DNA from: Cyanophora paradoxa CCMP329 | Taxonomy: Eukaryota > Plantae > Glaucophyta | DNA: 64,000 bases | NCBI GenBank assembly: GCA_004431415.1 | Contig: QPMI01000415.1 | Location: forward strand, 124,001 to 188,000 | Direction: 5' to 3' | In this document: piece by piece, positions 24,001 through 36,000 of the stretch | Layout: the number at the start of each line of letters is the position of its first letter | Position numbering within the stretch: position 1 is the first letter of the stretch | Position numbers and translations under genes: made by a program | The notes under the pieces: model-generated | Database searches by the model: none | The model's input: the letters and a program-made list of their open reading frames with translations, nothing else | Told to the model about the DNA's origin: nothing

Positions 24001-27000
24001 TACTACGAGGATCAATGGGCAGAACTTCGTATTTAATGGAACCAATGCTACTCTGATCGATAATCGAGTAACGAATAATTACTTTTTCGATTCTCGATAC
24101 ATTAATACTTGCAACATTGTCATACATAAAACGTTTGAGGATCGCAGTAAGACCTTAACAGTCACCTTGCCCACTCACTCGAATGTCTCAGATGGATTTT
24201 ACTATTATCTGTTAAATCGCTATTACACCTCTTATATTCCATATCCTTCTGAGACTGTCAGCATGAGCTATCCCAAAGTCACCCTAACATCGACCAATGC
24301 TGACTTCTTTGGATCCACAGACTTCATGAGAGACTTCTTTTATTTTACATCCTCCACAGATGGTCTCTTAGTTTATTACTCTTACAGATATGAGTCTATT
24401 GCTACCCAAATTGACAGCCACCCAAACACAGATATCATCACAGCAGGCGATAAGAAATATATAAAAACCGCTTCCCCATGGGTTTGCACTGTAAGGCTCG
24501 ATGACAGATACACTCCTAACCTAAATAACATTGGATTGCACTCGACATGCAATATTTATGTGCAAGGTGCGATTTCGGCTACCAAATATTATGAGGGCGG
24601 AAATTGTGATACAGGACATAGGTTGCTATCGCGAAATGGACTCTTTGAGTCATTCAGTGGGACGGCTCTACCGCCCTTTATCAGGGACACAGTCTATGAT
24701 ACCACATGCAATATTTGGGTGTGTCGATCTGTGAGTAATCCGCCTGTGACACAGGAATTATATAAATATCTCTCAGATACCTATGGGGCAATCACAGGGT
24801 CTTCAACAGGAAATCCAGCGACGGCTCCCATCGTGTTTGCAAATGCATACACAGCGCCGACATCATTAGCAGGGTCGACAGAGCCGCCACCAAACGATCC
24901 CAATCCGAACCAGCCTAACCCAGATCCCGATTCAAAAGATCCCCCTACAACTGATCCACCTTACACTCCACCCACAACAAATAATCCCACTCCCATTGGG
25001 GCGCCGCAAGGAGGTGGTAATGGGATAGGTGGCTTGATTGGGATAATCTTGGGCGCGATTGCAGGTGCAGCTTTACTTGCTCTTATGTGGAAGTATCGTA
25101 GTTTATTCTTTGCATGTTGCTATAATGCAGGGGCAGCATACTCTACACCAGAAGTAGGTTTAACAGAGACACCTGATGGTGATTTAGGTGTAGAGATTTC
25201 CAGACCAGAGGGGAATTCTCTTAGTGTCATTAGAAATGGCAGGAGTCCACAGGATCGAGGAGCATTGAGATCAGGAGGAGACAGTGATTTTATGTCCGAA
25301 ATAGCACAGCGAGAAGGTAGGGTCTATGAGCATGTCCCCAATGTGATGTAAAATAAACCTTCTTATAATAGAAATGACAATCATATCCAATCCCACCTTT
25401 AATAATAAATACTATGTTACAGATCCAGAGATACCCTCGGCTCAAAATGATCTTATAGTTTCACACACCCCATACTTGGGAGAAGTCGTTAAAGATTCAT
25501 GGAATGATGTAACGGGGCATGAATTTGGGCATCTATACGATATTCAGAGTGGGATAGGCTATGTCGATGCATTAACAGGGACAGTTTTTCGCAATCTTAA
25601 CTGTAATTGCACGGGAGGGTGGCTGTTTCAGACATGCAGCAATGTCGCCTCTGATCTTGATCCCGCCGAATACATTACTACGGATTTATATGGTGGGAAA
25701 ACGATTTTCTCCATCACTTGCAATCTCGTAAATTCGGATGTGCCCATAATAGCACCTGTAATAGGTGCATCCAATATGTATATCCAAAGAAATCCGGTCG
25801 TGCATACAGGAGCTGAATTTATATTGGGCGACAACACCCCAATCAGTCGAATCGAACTACCCAATTCTCACAAGCATTTGTGGGAACATATCACCAATGC
25901 CCCATTAACCTATCCACCCAGTTCTCACGAGCATTTGTGGGAGCATATCACCAATCGACCATTAACCTTCCCACCTGATCCACACACTCATGATTACTTG
26001 TCTCTCAAAGGTGGTGTTATCTCATCTAATCTTACAATTTCATCAAACCTTACAGTTACAAGTAACATTTATGCCAGTAACATTTATGCCAGTAACATTT
26101 ACAGCAGTAACCTATGGGCAAGTAATATTAATGGAAGTAATGTAATAGTCGATTATCTCACTGTGAAGATTGAAGCAAACCTACCAAATCATCCGACATC
26201 GAATGTTGTTTTAGATTGGTTAGCAAAGCAAAAACACACAAAAGCAGATATTACAGATTTTGCCCATAATCACACAAAAGATCAAATAACAGATTTTGCC
26301 CATAAGCATTTATGGAGGATATCACAAATCCGCCCTCAACCTTCCACCAGGAAACATTCCCATGATTATTCAGAGATTACCAATAGTAACCACAGGCACC
26401 CATGGGAGGAAATAGATGAGCAGCCTACTTTCGCACAATTGAATGCAATCGGAAACGTTTTTAATGGAGTCACACTTTACCAATCCATTAATACACCTGA
26501 AAGGCTGTTTTTGAATGATCATTATGTTAGTCTGAATGGGTCGTTTACAGGTGAAACAGGCACACCTATGGTGGGAACTCTTGCAGTAAGATTACCACGG
26601 GATCCAATCGTAAACGGAGTGTATAGTGGCGATTTCAATGTAGGAGTAAATGATACTTTCCCCAGTATCTATGTTACGAATTATCACCCAGGAGAAATAG
26701 GACAAGAAGCGGATTTTTCAGCAGCAATTCAAGTAAATGTAACAGATCAAAGCGCATATGATGGAGCAAGACCTAAGATTGTGTTCACAAGGGAGAAAGT
26801 TGTAAACTATCTTCCTGTTGTGGGACAACCCACAGATGATCACGGTAAATGCGAGATTGCATGGATTAAAACAACATCAGGAGGCGCCTTAGAAGTCAAT
26901 CAAAGAATGGCGGCGAAAAACTTACACAATACAACCCTTTCAGGTGTGGTAACAGATGATTACCTCGAAAGCAAAAACTATGTAGATGATACAGAACTTG

Positions 27001-30000
27001 CAGCAATTCTTGAAGATTATGTAACAGATACCGAATTAACGTCGGCTCTTGGGAATTATTTACCTCTAACAGGTGGGACTCTTACAGGTGATGTGCATGC
27101 TCCAAATTTCTTTGTGGACACTCCGAATGATCAAACATTTCCTGTTGTCCACCTTGGTGCTGAATATGTTTTAGATCCAAACACCCCATTTAGTCGTCTT
27201 GAATTACCCAATGTTCACAAGCATTTTTGGGAGCATATTGTCAATCCCCCATCGACCTATCCACCTGATTCACACGATCATGATTATTTACCACTAACAG
27301 GTGGAACAATTGCAGGTGATGTGCATGCTTCTAATTTCTTTGTTACTACTCCGAATGATCAAACATTTCCTGTTGTCCACCTTGGTGCTGAATATGTATT
27401 AGATCCAAACACTCCAATTAGTCGCATTGAATTACCCAATGTTCACAATGTTCGACCATTAACCTTCGCACCTCATCTACACACTCACACAAAGTCAGAG
27501 ATTACAGATTTTTCACACACTCACACAAAGTCAGAAATAACAGATTTTGCCCATACCCACACAAAGTCTCAAATTACAGACTTCCCGACATTTGCGACTG
27601 TGGCAACAACTGGAAACTATGATGATCTGATAAATACACCAACATACACTTCACCAACTGATTTTGACGCTACAAGTGGTATTTCCACAGACCGCACAGG
27701 AGATTGGAGAGATTATTTTGGGCAACCACTTGTAGGTGACACAAGCACTTGGGCAAACACATGGATTGATGGTGATGATGATTGTAGTAGCTGTAAGATG
27801 TATTGGACTGTTCCAACAGACATGAAATCATGTTATATCTATTATACGTGTCAGTATGACAGTAGATACTTTGATGTTGTTGGAATTGAACCATCAAACA
27901 ATACTTATACTCGTTTACGAGTAAATGCCTATGCTCCTGGAATTAATCCTGTAAGAGATTTTAAACAGTTTGTTGCAATAAATTGTGAAGGACTTGTTAA
28001 AGTTGGTGTTCATGGACAAATAGGAAGAATTTATCTTCCAGGTCCGATTACTGTTGGTTGGAGCAAAAACCCCGCTATATCGTCACACAGTGGTTTCCTC
28101 CATTGGAATAATATATACGGGAAGCCAACAGCTTCTACGACTGTCGGTCCTCACTCTCATTTTAAAGCAGATATCACAGATTTCGCACATAGTCACACAA
28201 AGGCAAATATAACAGACTTCGCCCATACTCACACAAAATCGGAAATCACGGATTTTCCAACCTTAGACCCATTTGTAGCGAACACGATCACAGCAAATAA
28301 TACCATGTATGTGGGATCCGGTCAAATTTACCAACCAGATGCACCACTTTATTTAGAACAATGGTTTTTCCACAATTCCGCAAATATATACGATAAAACG
28401 TTATTATGTCGGGGAAATGCTTACGCAAGAGCATATTATGCAATGGATGAAACAGATAATACAAAGATCGCAAAACTTGTTTCAGAACAGCGTGTCAATA
28501 AAGACCAGTATATACAAACAGGGAAATTCTCAAAATCTTTGACAATCACAGGTCCGGGTCATTGGGGATTTCCACAGGTTGTCACATTCCCGAAAGCATT
28601 TGCGGAAGCCCCAGAAGTGGTTCTCAATCTGATACAAGGATATAATGGTGGTTCATATGTATTGGTATATGGTGTCACAAGTTCCACAACAACAACATTT
28701 ACTATTCATGCAACAATTTCGGCAGAACATGCATTCAATGAAAGCATTGGACTTTTCCACTATCAAATGAGTTATATAGCAACAGGGAAGATGGTAGCAT
28801 AATATTCTCACGTAATAATAATAATATTCTCACGTAATAATAAAGAACAATCAAAAGATGTCGACTGTGTTTACCCCTGTGTTTTCCTTATCAGCCAGTG
28901 CTGTCCACAACGTGCAACACACTATATATGATCTAAGTGAGTCATTCCCTTCGACTGAGACAGCGAAAACCGATTCTTTCAATGAGACCTCCATTCTCAG
29001 AGTCAAAGAACTCAGAGCTGACAAGGCTGGTGGAATCGTTAAAGCTACTGAACTGATCGTATCGAATCGACCCGCAATCTCTTCGGGGCTGGTCACCAAA
29101 GAAAATCTATATGAAGGTCAACAGGATTCCAAAACGGCTTTTAATCCGGCTGATAGGAATTCGGCGGCTTTTCAAGTTTACAGTGGCGGGGCATGGATAG
29201 GGACTGGACTGAGTGTGAATGGGAATGCGACGATTACTGGAAGCCTTACGGCTGGATCATTTGGGACAGTTAAAACGACCACTATTGATTCTGGGGCGAA
29301 CTCTGATTTGTTGATTAAACGAAATGGAGTTGCAATGGCGACAGTAACTTCAACAGGTTTGACAGTCAATAGTGGAACAAATATGGGTTATCTTTCTCTT
29401 CCAAATCATCCAAGTTTCATGGTTTATGGAGTTGCCTATTCAACAGGTAGCACAGCAACTACCTCATATGTCAACTATCCTACTGTGGCTTTTAATATTG
29501 GAAACAATTTCAGTGTAGCTTCTGGTGCAACCCCCGCAAGGTTTACAGCTCCTGTAAGCGGAATCTATCTATTTAAGTTTTCAGTTTATCCATCAACACC
29601 TGCTGGATCGTGGGCTATGTTCTTTCGTGTAAATGGAAGCACAAACTATTACAATCAGTCCATTCAGAATCAAGGCACCCTTGCTCATATGGAAGCGGTG
29701 CTTATGATAAAACTGAATGCAACAGATTACGTATCACCATTCCTAGGACATACAACAGGTGTTACGCAATTGACATATGAGTATAACTGTTTCCAAGGTG
29801 TTCTTCTTCATGCTACCTAAAAATTTAATCTCCTGTTCATTTAAAAGCCAAACAATGTCAACTACACTCTCGGTTGCAATTTCAAATGCTGAATTACTTG
29901 GACTCGAATACTGTGCTTACTCTGTTCAGGAATGGTTAGATAATGCTGTTCATAATAGGGCGAGAATCGCGATTGATGAGATTGTGGACAAAGAAGTTAA

Positions 30001-33000
30001 ATCGTGTATTTCCGCTGGAATTCCGATTCCACTCACAAAGGAAGCGATTGTAGAGCAAGCATTTAATCGGGGGACTGTTCGAAAGGCAAGCGAAATTCCT
30101 GTGAGCGCTCCTATGTAAAGAATTCGAATTCGAAGAATGAGAGAGGCGCAGCCAAGGCAGCTTGTCTGACGACTGGGTTTATTGTTATTTTTCATAGATC
30201 ATGCATAAGAAAGGCATGTATCTTGCATAGTGGGCGGGGCGCGAGTGGTTCCAGTGCATTAAATGGAACATTTCGATTGAAGTCGCGAGTTTGTGCAGGT
30301 GGGCATTTTCGGCATGCTTGCTCATGCACAAACTTGCTTTAAAAAGAATAGATAAAGTGCAATTCGGTTTTAACTCTTACGAGTTTTACTATAACATTCT
30401 CGGCATTGATAGTAGAGACCATCCTTTGTGCTTTGTTTTTTATTATACTCGCTTGCAGGCTTTTCAATCTTGCAGTGCGAGCATACCTTCGATTGCACTT
30501 CGATTTTCGGACGCGTTTTTAACACGAAATGATAAAGGTAATTGCGATAGTCACGTTCGCAGACTTTGCATCTCCAATTCAAAAGTATACTTCCTGAGCT
30601 ACCCTTTTGCAATGTATAACTCGATGCCGGTTTTACCTTGTTGCATACATTGCATTGCTTACTCTCAGGTAGAGTTACTTGATCGCTTGCCATTGTTACA
30701 GTATATTATCGGGAAGTCTTTAAGTGGGGATCACTTGTTTAATTGGTGGGGCTCACCTTGATTTTTCAATTTGGCTAACTGAAAACAGTCCGGAAACGAT
30801 CGGGAACATTTCGTAAAAATAGGGGTCTTACTGTCCTTACTGAGAAATCGAGGGAGGGTTTAAGGGCTTACTGGGAATGGTAAGGAATTAGAGAAAAGAT
30901 TATATGTAGGTTTTTGTGATTGGTTTCAGTAAGGAGGGGTTAGATGTTTGAAAAATGTAGTGTGGCTCAGTGCGAATTTGTGATTTTGTGACTGAGATTC
31001 GTGATGCTGAAAATGTGCTTATTGAAAATGGTCGCGGGAAGGTCGCACAATTGGTGGGGCTCACCCCCATGCGAGCGGCACAAGTGACACGGATGCAGTT
31101 TTTCGACGAGGCGGGCGACGGGTACATCATTTCGAGCCCTTGGGAGTACTCGGGTGCGCATATGCTTGCATGGCCTTGCTTCTATGCGCCCTTTTCGGAT
31201 CGCCACGCGCACGTCCCCCTTTTTCTTTTATTTTTCCCACTTCGCTTCGGCGATTTCAGAAGCGCTGCATGCCCGCTCCGCCCTCCCGATCCCCCTCCGT
31301 CGTCCCCGTCCTTTTTTAGCAGGCTCCTCCACCCTACTTTTACGCCTTGTTGCAGGCTCCCACATTGGAACGTACGACAACACGTGGATTAGCGAGCCAA
31401 ACAGTGAAAACTGCACTATGTGTGAAATCTTACTTCAAGGCTTGAAACGCCACTTTCTTCTCTAGCTCTGATCATTACATTTCGCACGCAAATCAGGTAC
31501 TCGGTGGGGGGAGTCGGTCTCTGGAAAGACCGCCGCGCGGTCAACACTACAGCCGAGCACGCAAGCGTCTTCCAATACCAGGGTGGGCTATTGCGTGCAC
31601 GTTGCGCGCCCGATCGCAGTCTAGTTCCCCTGTTGACGGCTCTGGCAGCGTTCGACGCCGTCTTTCCTTACCGTTCAAAGAAAGAGCTTCAGATCACCAA
31701 CGTGAATGCGACACTGCAGACGGTGTACTCCGCAGGCGCTCTGATGAAGACGGAAGCAGGCGACCTGCGATACTTTGTCATCGGCGGTGAGTAAAACCAG
31801 AGTGGCCCTTGAGGCCGAGGCACGCGGACTGAAAACAATATTAATATTAATGCTATCGTTCGCTTCGTGGCGACCAGGCGGCGAGAACTATAACTACTAC
31901 AGAGTCTACCTTCCAAGCGTAAGGAAAAGGTCCGAAAATTGAATGGTCGCCCTTTCTATATGTAAAGACCGGCCGCAAGGTAATACGAAAACTTAGTCGT
32001 TTTCTGCAGCGATGCGATCACGATGGTCGACCTCGCGACGGGTCGCTGGTTTGACTCGGGCGTCCGCACGCCGAAGCCCGCGCACCGCATCACGTGCACG
32101 AACAGTGAGACCGAGATCTTTTGCTACGGTGGCGTCGGACAGGATCCGAAGCTCTGGATTCTGTACAGCGATGTCCGCAAACGCTTGTTCCTGATAGGAG
32201 TACATGATGTCCATAGTGACATGCGGTCCTGCGCGCAGTACTGGAAGCTCACTTTCGATCCGGCTACTGGGGATCTGGCGCCGGACGTGACGATGATAAG
32301 CCTGTCGAACGGGCCCGGGACGCGGTACCTTACCTCGATGACGTACTACGAAGGGGACGTGTACATGTTCGGGGGCGTGTCGGGCAAAATCGAGACTCGC
32401 GATGGACCGGACGGTACTCTGGACCTGTGGAGGTGCCTAGGCGCATGGCGAGGGTCGCTAGGCCTAGGGCTGATCATGGAGCGCTGCAGGTTGCCGACTG
32501 GCGATGGATCAGCGACACAGTTGATCAATGATGCGCAAGGGAGAACGCAGATCTACAAAGGCGAGACAAGAACATACTATGGCAGATGCGAAATGATGCA
32601 AGCTCGCTCGGGGTCAAAGTGGTGCGAGTTGTGCATTTTGCGATGAGCTCCATAAACTGGTCCAACCGTGATCAGGGTTTTCTTTGGCGGTTCTGACATC
32701 CTTACGGAGGGCTTTGGTGGTGCGGGAGATGTACATATATAGAGCAATAATTCAGCCGCTGTAAACTTCTACATACTTCTATATTCAACACTTGCATCAG
32801 ATCTCTTCTACATCGATCTGTCGGCGCCGGACGACAGTATGCAAATCGTTCTCATCAAGAGGTCCCTCCAAAGCATCGCGTTCTCCGTCGGCTACGGCTT
32901 TGCGTGCGGAAGCAAGGTCATATTCGGCGGTCTGGCGTTTTTCGGCTCAGCGAATCAATCTCGAGCTATATTCGAAGGAAATTTGAAGAGGATGCCTTAT

Positions 33001-36000
33001 CTACTGGAGTTCGACACATTGAGTGCGCGCGCACGGCAACTTCGGCTGACCATAGGCCTGAAATGAGATTGCACAGGCCAAGACGTATCGCAAAATGTAA
33101 GCGCACCTCTTGAGAGTGGAGGAGTGAGCATGCTTGGACCAAAACAACTGTGCGAGAAAGAGTTGCAATTTCGATTAAACCGCTGCTGAAGGCGGACATT
33201 TGATTCGAATTAAGTAATTCGTGATTTGCAGGTGGTGGGCGGGCGCGTTCGCGTCTATCGATTGCTTTTTGTGCGTTCGCTCGGATCGGACGGGTTTAGC
33301 CTGTGCGCGTGACACGATTGCGCAGATTGTACGGTCCTGGAAAGGAGTTTGCTGCGCCAGACATCGATTTCAAATCGGAGGTGAAGGAAAACGAGTGGAA
33401 CTTCCCTGACTCTGCATATGCCGAGGGAAACGTCTATAGCATTAACGGTGCGCTTGCAATTGGTCCTTAGAATTGTGACCGGTTCGGCAGACACTATATA
33501 GCTAGCTGATGTTTAACTCTCCCGCTTTGCAGCCACAATGATACCGCGGTCGGCCGCTGTCACAAGCCGCAAGCGGGGCCGTCCCCCCCCTGCGCCCCCG
33601 CGCCCCACGCTCCTCCAGTACTCCCAGAGCTCTCTCGTCGTCCAGGTGGGCCCCATTCCACGCGATTCCAATAGATTTAGCGCGCAGCTGCAGCGCAGTA
33701 CGATCGACGCGGCAATTGCGCAGGTGGAGCTTCCGGATGCCGCGAGTGCTGGCTACACGTACTCCAATCTAACGACGTGCGCTGAATCGGCTGGACACGT
33801 GCGATGTGAACTCCGCGCGGCCTGATTCGCTTGTCGTCTCTCATGCTCAGGTGCGACCTGTACACGAAGTCGGGCCAGCTGGTTGCCGGTCACGGCGTCA
33901 CCACCAACCTCGTCAACGCGACAGCGCTCAGCGAGCCGCGTCTGGCGCGGACGTTCATCGTCCAAAACCAGCAGCCGTCCTCGAAACTCGAGTTCTTCTC
34001 GCGGTGCAGCAACGAGGACGGCGTCTCCAGCGTAGGGGCCTCGTCGCTCTTCCTCAGTGCGCACCCATACGCATGTCAGCTGACCGAGTCTAGAACCTGA
34101 AAAACTCATGCTATGCCTTCTTTTGCAATGCAGCATCGGGCCCGCCGCTGAAGCCGGAGCCGCCGAGCCGCATTTCGGCGACCAAGGCCTCGGTCGTGGT
34201 CAACGTGACGTCGCCCTACATTGCCCCGTACAACCTGCCTCGCGAGGGCACGTTCTCCTGCTCCGTCTACTTTGTCATGGATGGCGGGTCTCGCGTGAGC
34301 TCTCCGTGATGCCTGAAGCTGAAAGCTTGGTGCGCCTGCATCTCTGAGGCGCCACGGCACGCGCGCGCAGGCGACGGCTGTGACTGTGACCTATGAAGAA
34401 TTTGGCGGTCCCGAGCGCTCTGTGGAACGAACAGTCACCGCTTACCGCTCAGGCTCTTCCTCCACACCGATCTCCCCCCAAAAGTACAACATGCTGACGG
34501 GTGAGTGCTTCGACTACGTCAACGATCGCAAGCTCGTCATCGATATCTGATTCATTGACTTTTCAGAGTGCGTCAACGAGTTCGGGTCGGGTATTCCAAG
34601 CGACCTTGTTGGATTTGAAATATTTGGTACGCGTTTCCGGTCCAATCAAATTCGAATTCATGCTGCGCTCAGCTGACGCTCTGAATGCAATGATCTGCAG
34701 CTCTTGATCCGGAGCCCGCTCCAAAGATCATATCGTTCACGCCGCTGGTGTCGAGCTTCCTTCTAGCGTACCTGCCCAAAAGCCCCTCGCCGGCGAACTC
34801 TATTACCTTCTGTGCTGTTTACATCAATCGCATTGAGGTACGCGCCATGCGCGATCGCGACAGCAACTTACTTTGATCTTGCTTTGATCGACAGGTGTTC
34901 CGGTCGGTGCGGGCGGACGTGTCTCAAGGCAACCGCATGGACGGCACGCAGCTGCAGTGCAGTACAGTGGAGGGCAGCGATGTTTGCGGGTGGGTGGAGG
35001 CCGGTCGCGTGAATCCGATTCGGCTCAAGGCTCGCATTCCGAATCGCGGCAACGGCGCCGCGCTTCTCCTCTCTGTCGGTTGTCACAACAGCAATGGTGC
35101 GACGCGCAAGCGCATTTGGAATATGTTTATGCCACTGCTGCCGACTCTTTTATATATCAGGCCGAGGAGCTCTCGCGGAGCAAACACTCACCCCAAACAG
35201 TGCGTCAGCAGTTCTAGTCACAAAACGGAGGCATTTTGTCCTCTCGATCACGGTTGCGAGCAGGTATCGAGACGCCTACGTCGCTGCGTAGCCTTGTCGT
35301 CGAGGTTCGATTTGGTTCTTACCATTTTCTGTTATTCCGTCTTCACGATTAATCCTTCGTGTGCAGGCTCAGTATGTCAGTGTCGCTTTCAAGCCTGGAA
35401 GCGGTGGCGGTCTTCCGCTCAGCAACTGCACTGTCTATGTCGACCGGCGGCTTGCAGGTGCTCCGCTCCGTAGAATCATAGGAGGCCATCCCTGCAACCC
35501 GTGACAAGGCCAAATCAAATCAGGTTGGGCGGCCGTGGATCCGCCTGCCAACGCGACGAACGACGTCAATTCTACCGCGGCCGCGGTCGAGGTCCCCATC
35601 ATCGCGAACACGACGGGCTTTATCGCAGTGGCCACTAATCCCCTCATCCGCGAGCTGTGGCCCAACACGGACTATGGTTAGCGATGCACCTAGGCCTTTC
35701 GTCATCGATCCCTCGCCGAGACGCAATCCCGCAGCCGTTGCAGTCGCCTGCGGGCATGAGGACGGCTTCAGCAATGTGTCGGAGGCTGTCACAATCAGGA
35801 CGAAGGACTCGTCAGTCCGCATCAACTTCCGTCAGATCGCGAACCTGCGGTCCAACGCCCGCGGCGAGCTAGAGGGGCAGGTGGCCGCGGCGCCCCCGCC
35901 CTGCACAGAGTCCCGCTACTGCAACTACCAGGCAAGCTTGCTTTGCCGACTCGGATCACTCCTCTTCCCTGCTTACGGAACGTCTTTGACCATGCCGAGC

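Larger units (their letters stand above)
4797..31076. mobile_element. Endogenous Polinton-like virus / Maverick-type element, 26,280 bp
   Basis: 863-bp TIRs and 6-bp TSD. Dense intronless ORFs with visibly lower GC than most host DNA. Encodes rve integrase, PolB-helicase fusion, packaging ATPase and capsid-like genes. Confidence 0.95.

Noticed and set aside
4797-31076. Bacterial or phage contamination, or a chimeric contig
   Set aside because: Matching TIRs, a perfect TSD and a host intron and reading frame that rejoin across the element indicate true integration.
4797-31076. Canonical virophage or classic Polinton
   Set aside because: No maturation cysteine protease and no canonical stand-alone pPolB were recognised. 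PLV fits better, pending capsid phylogeny.
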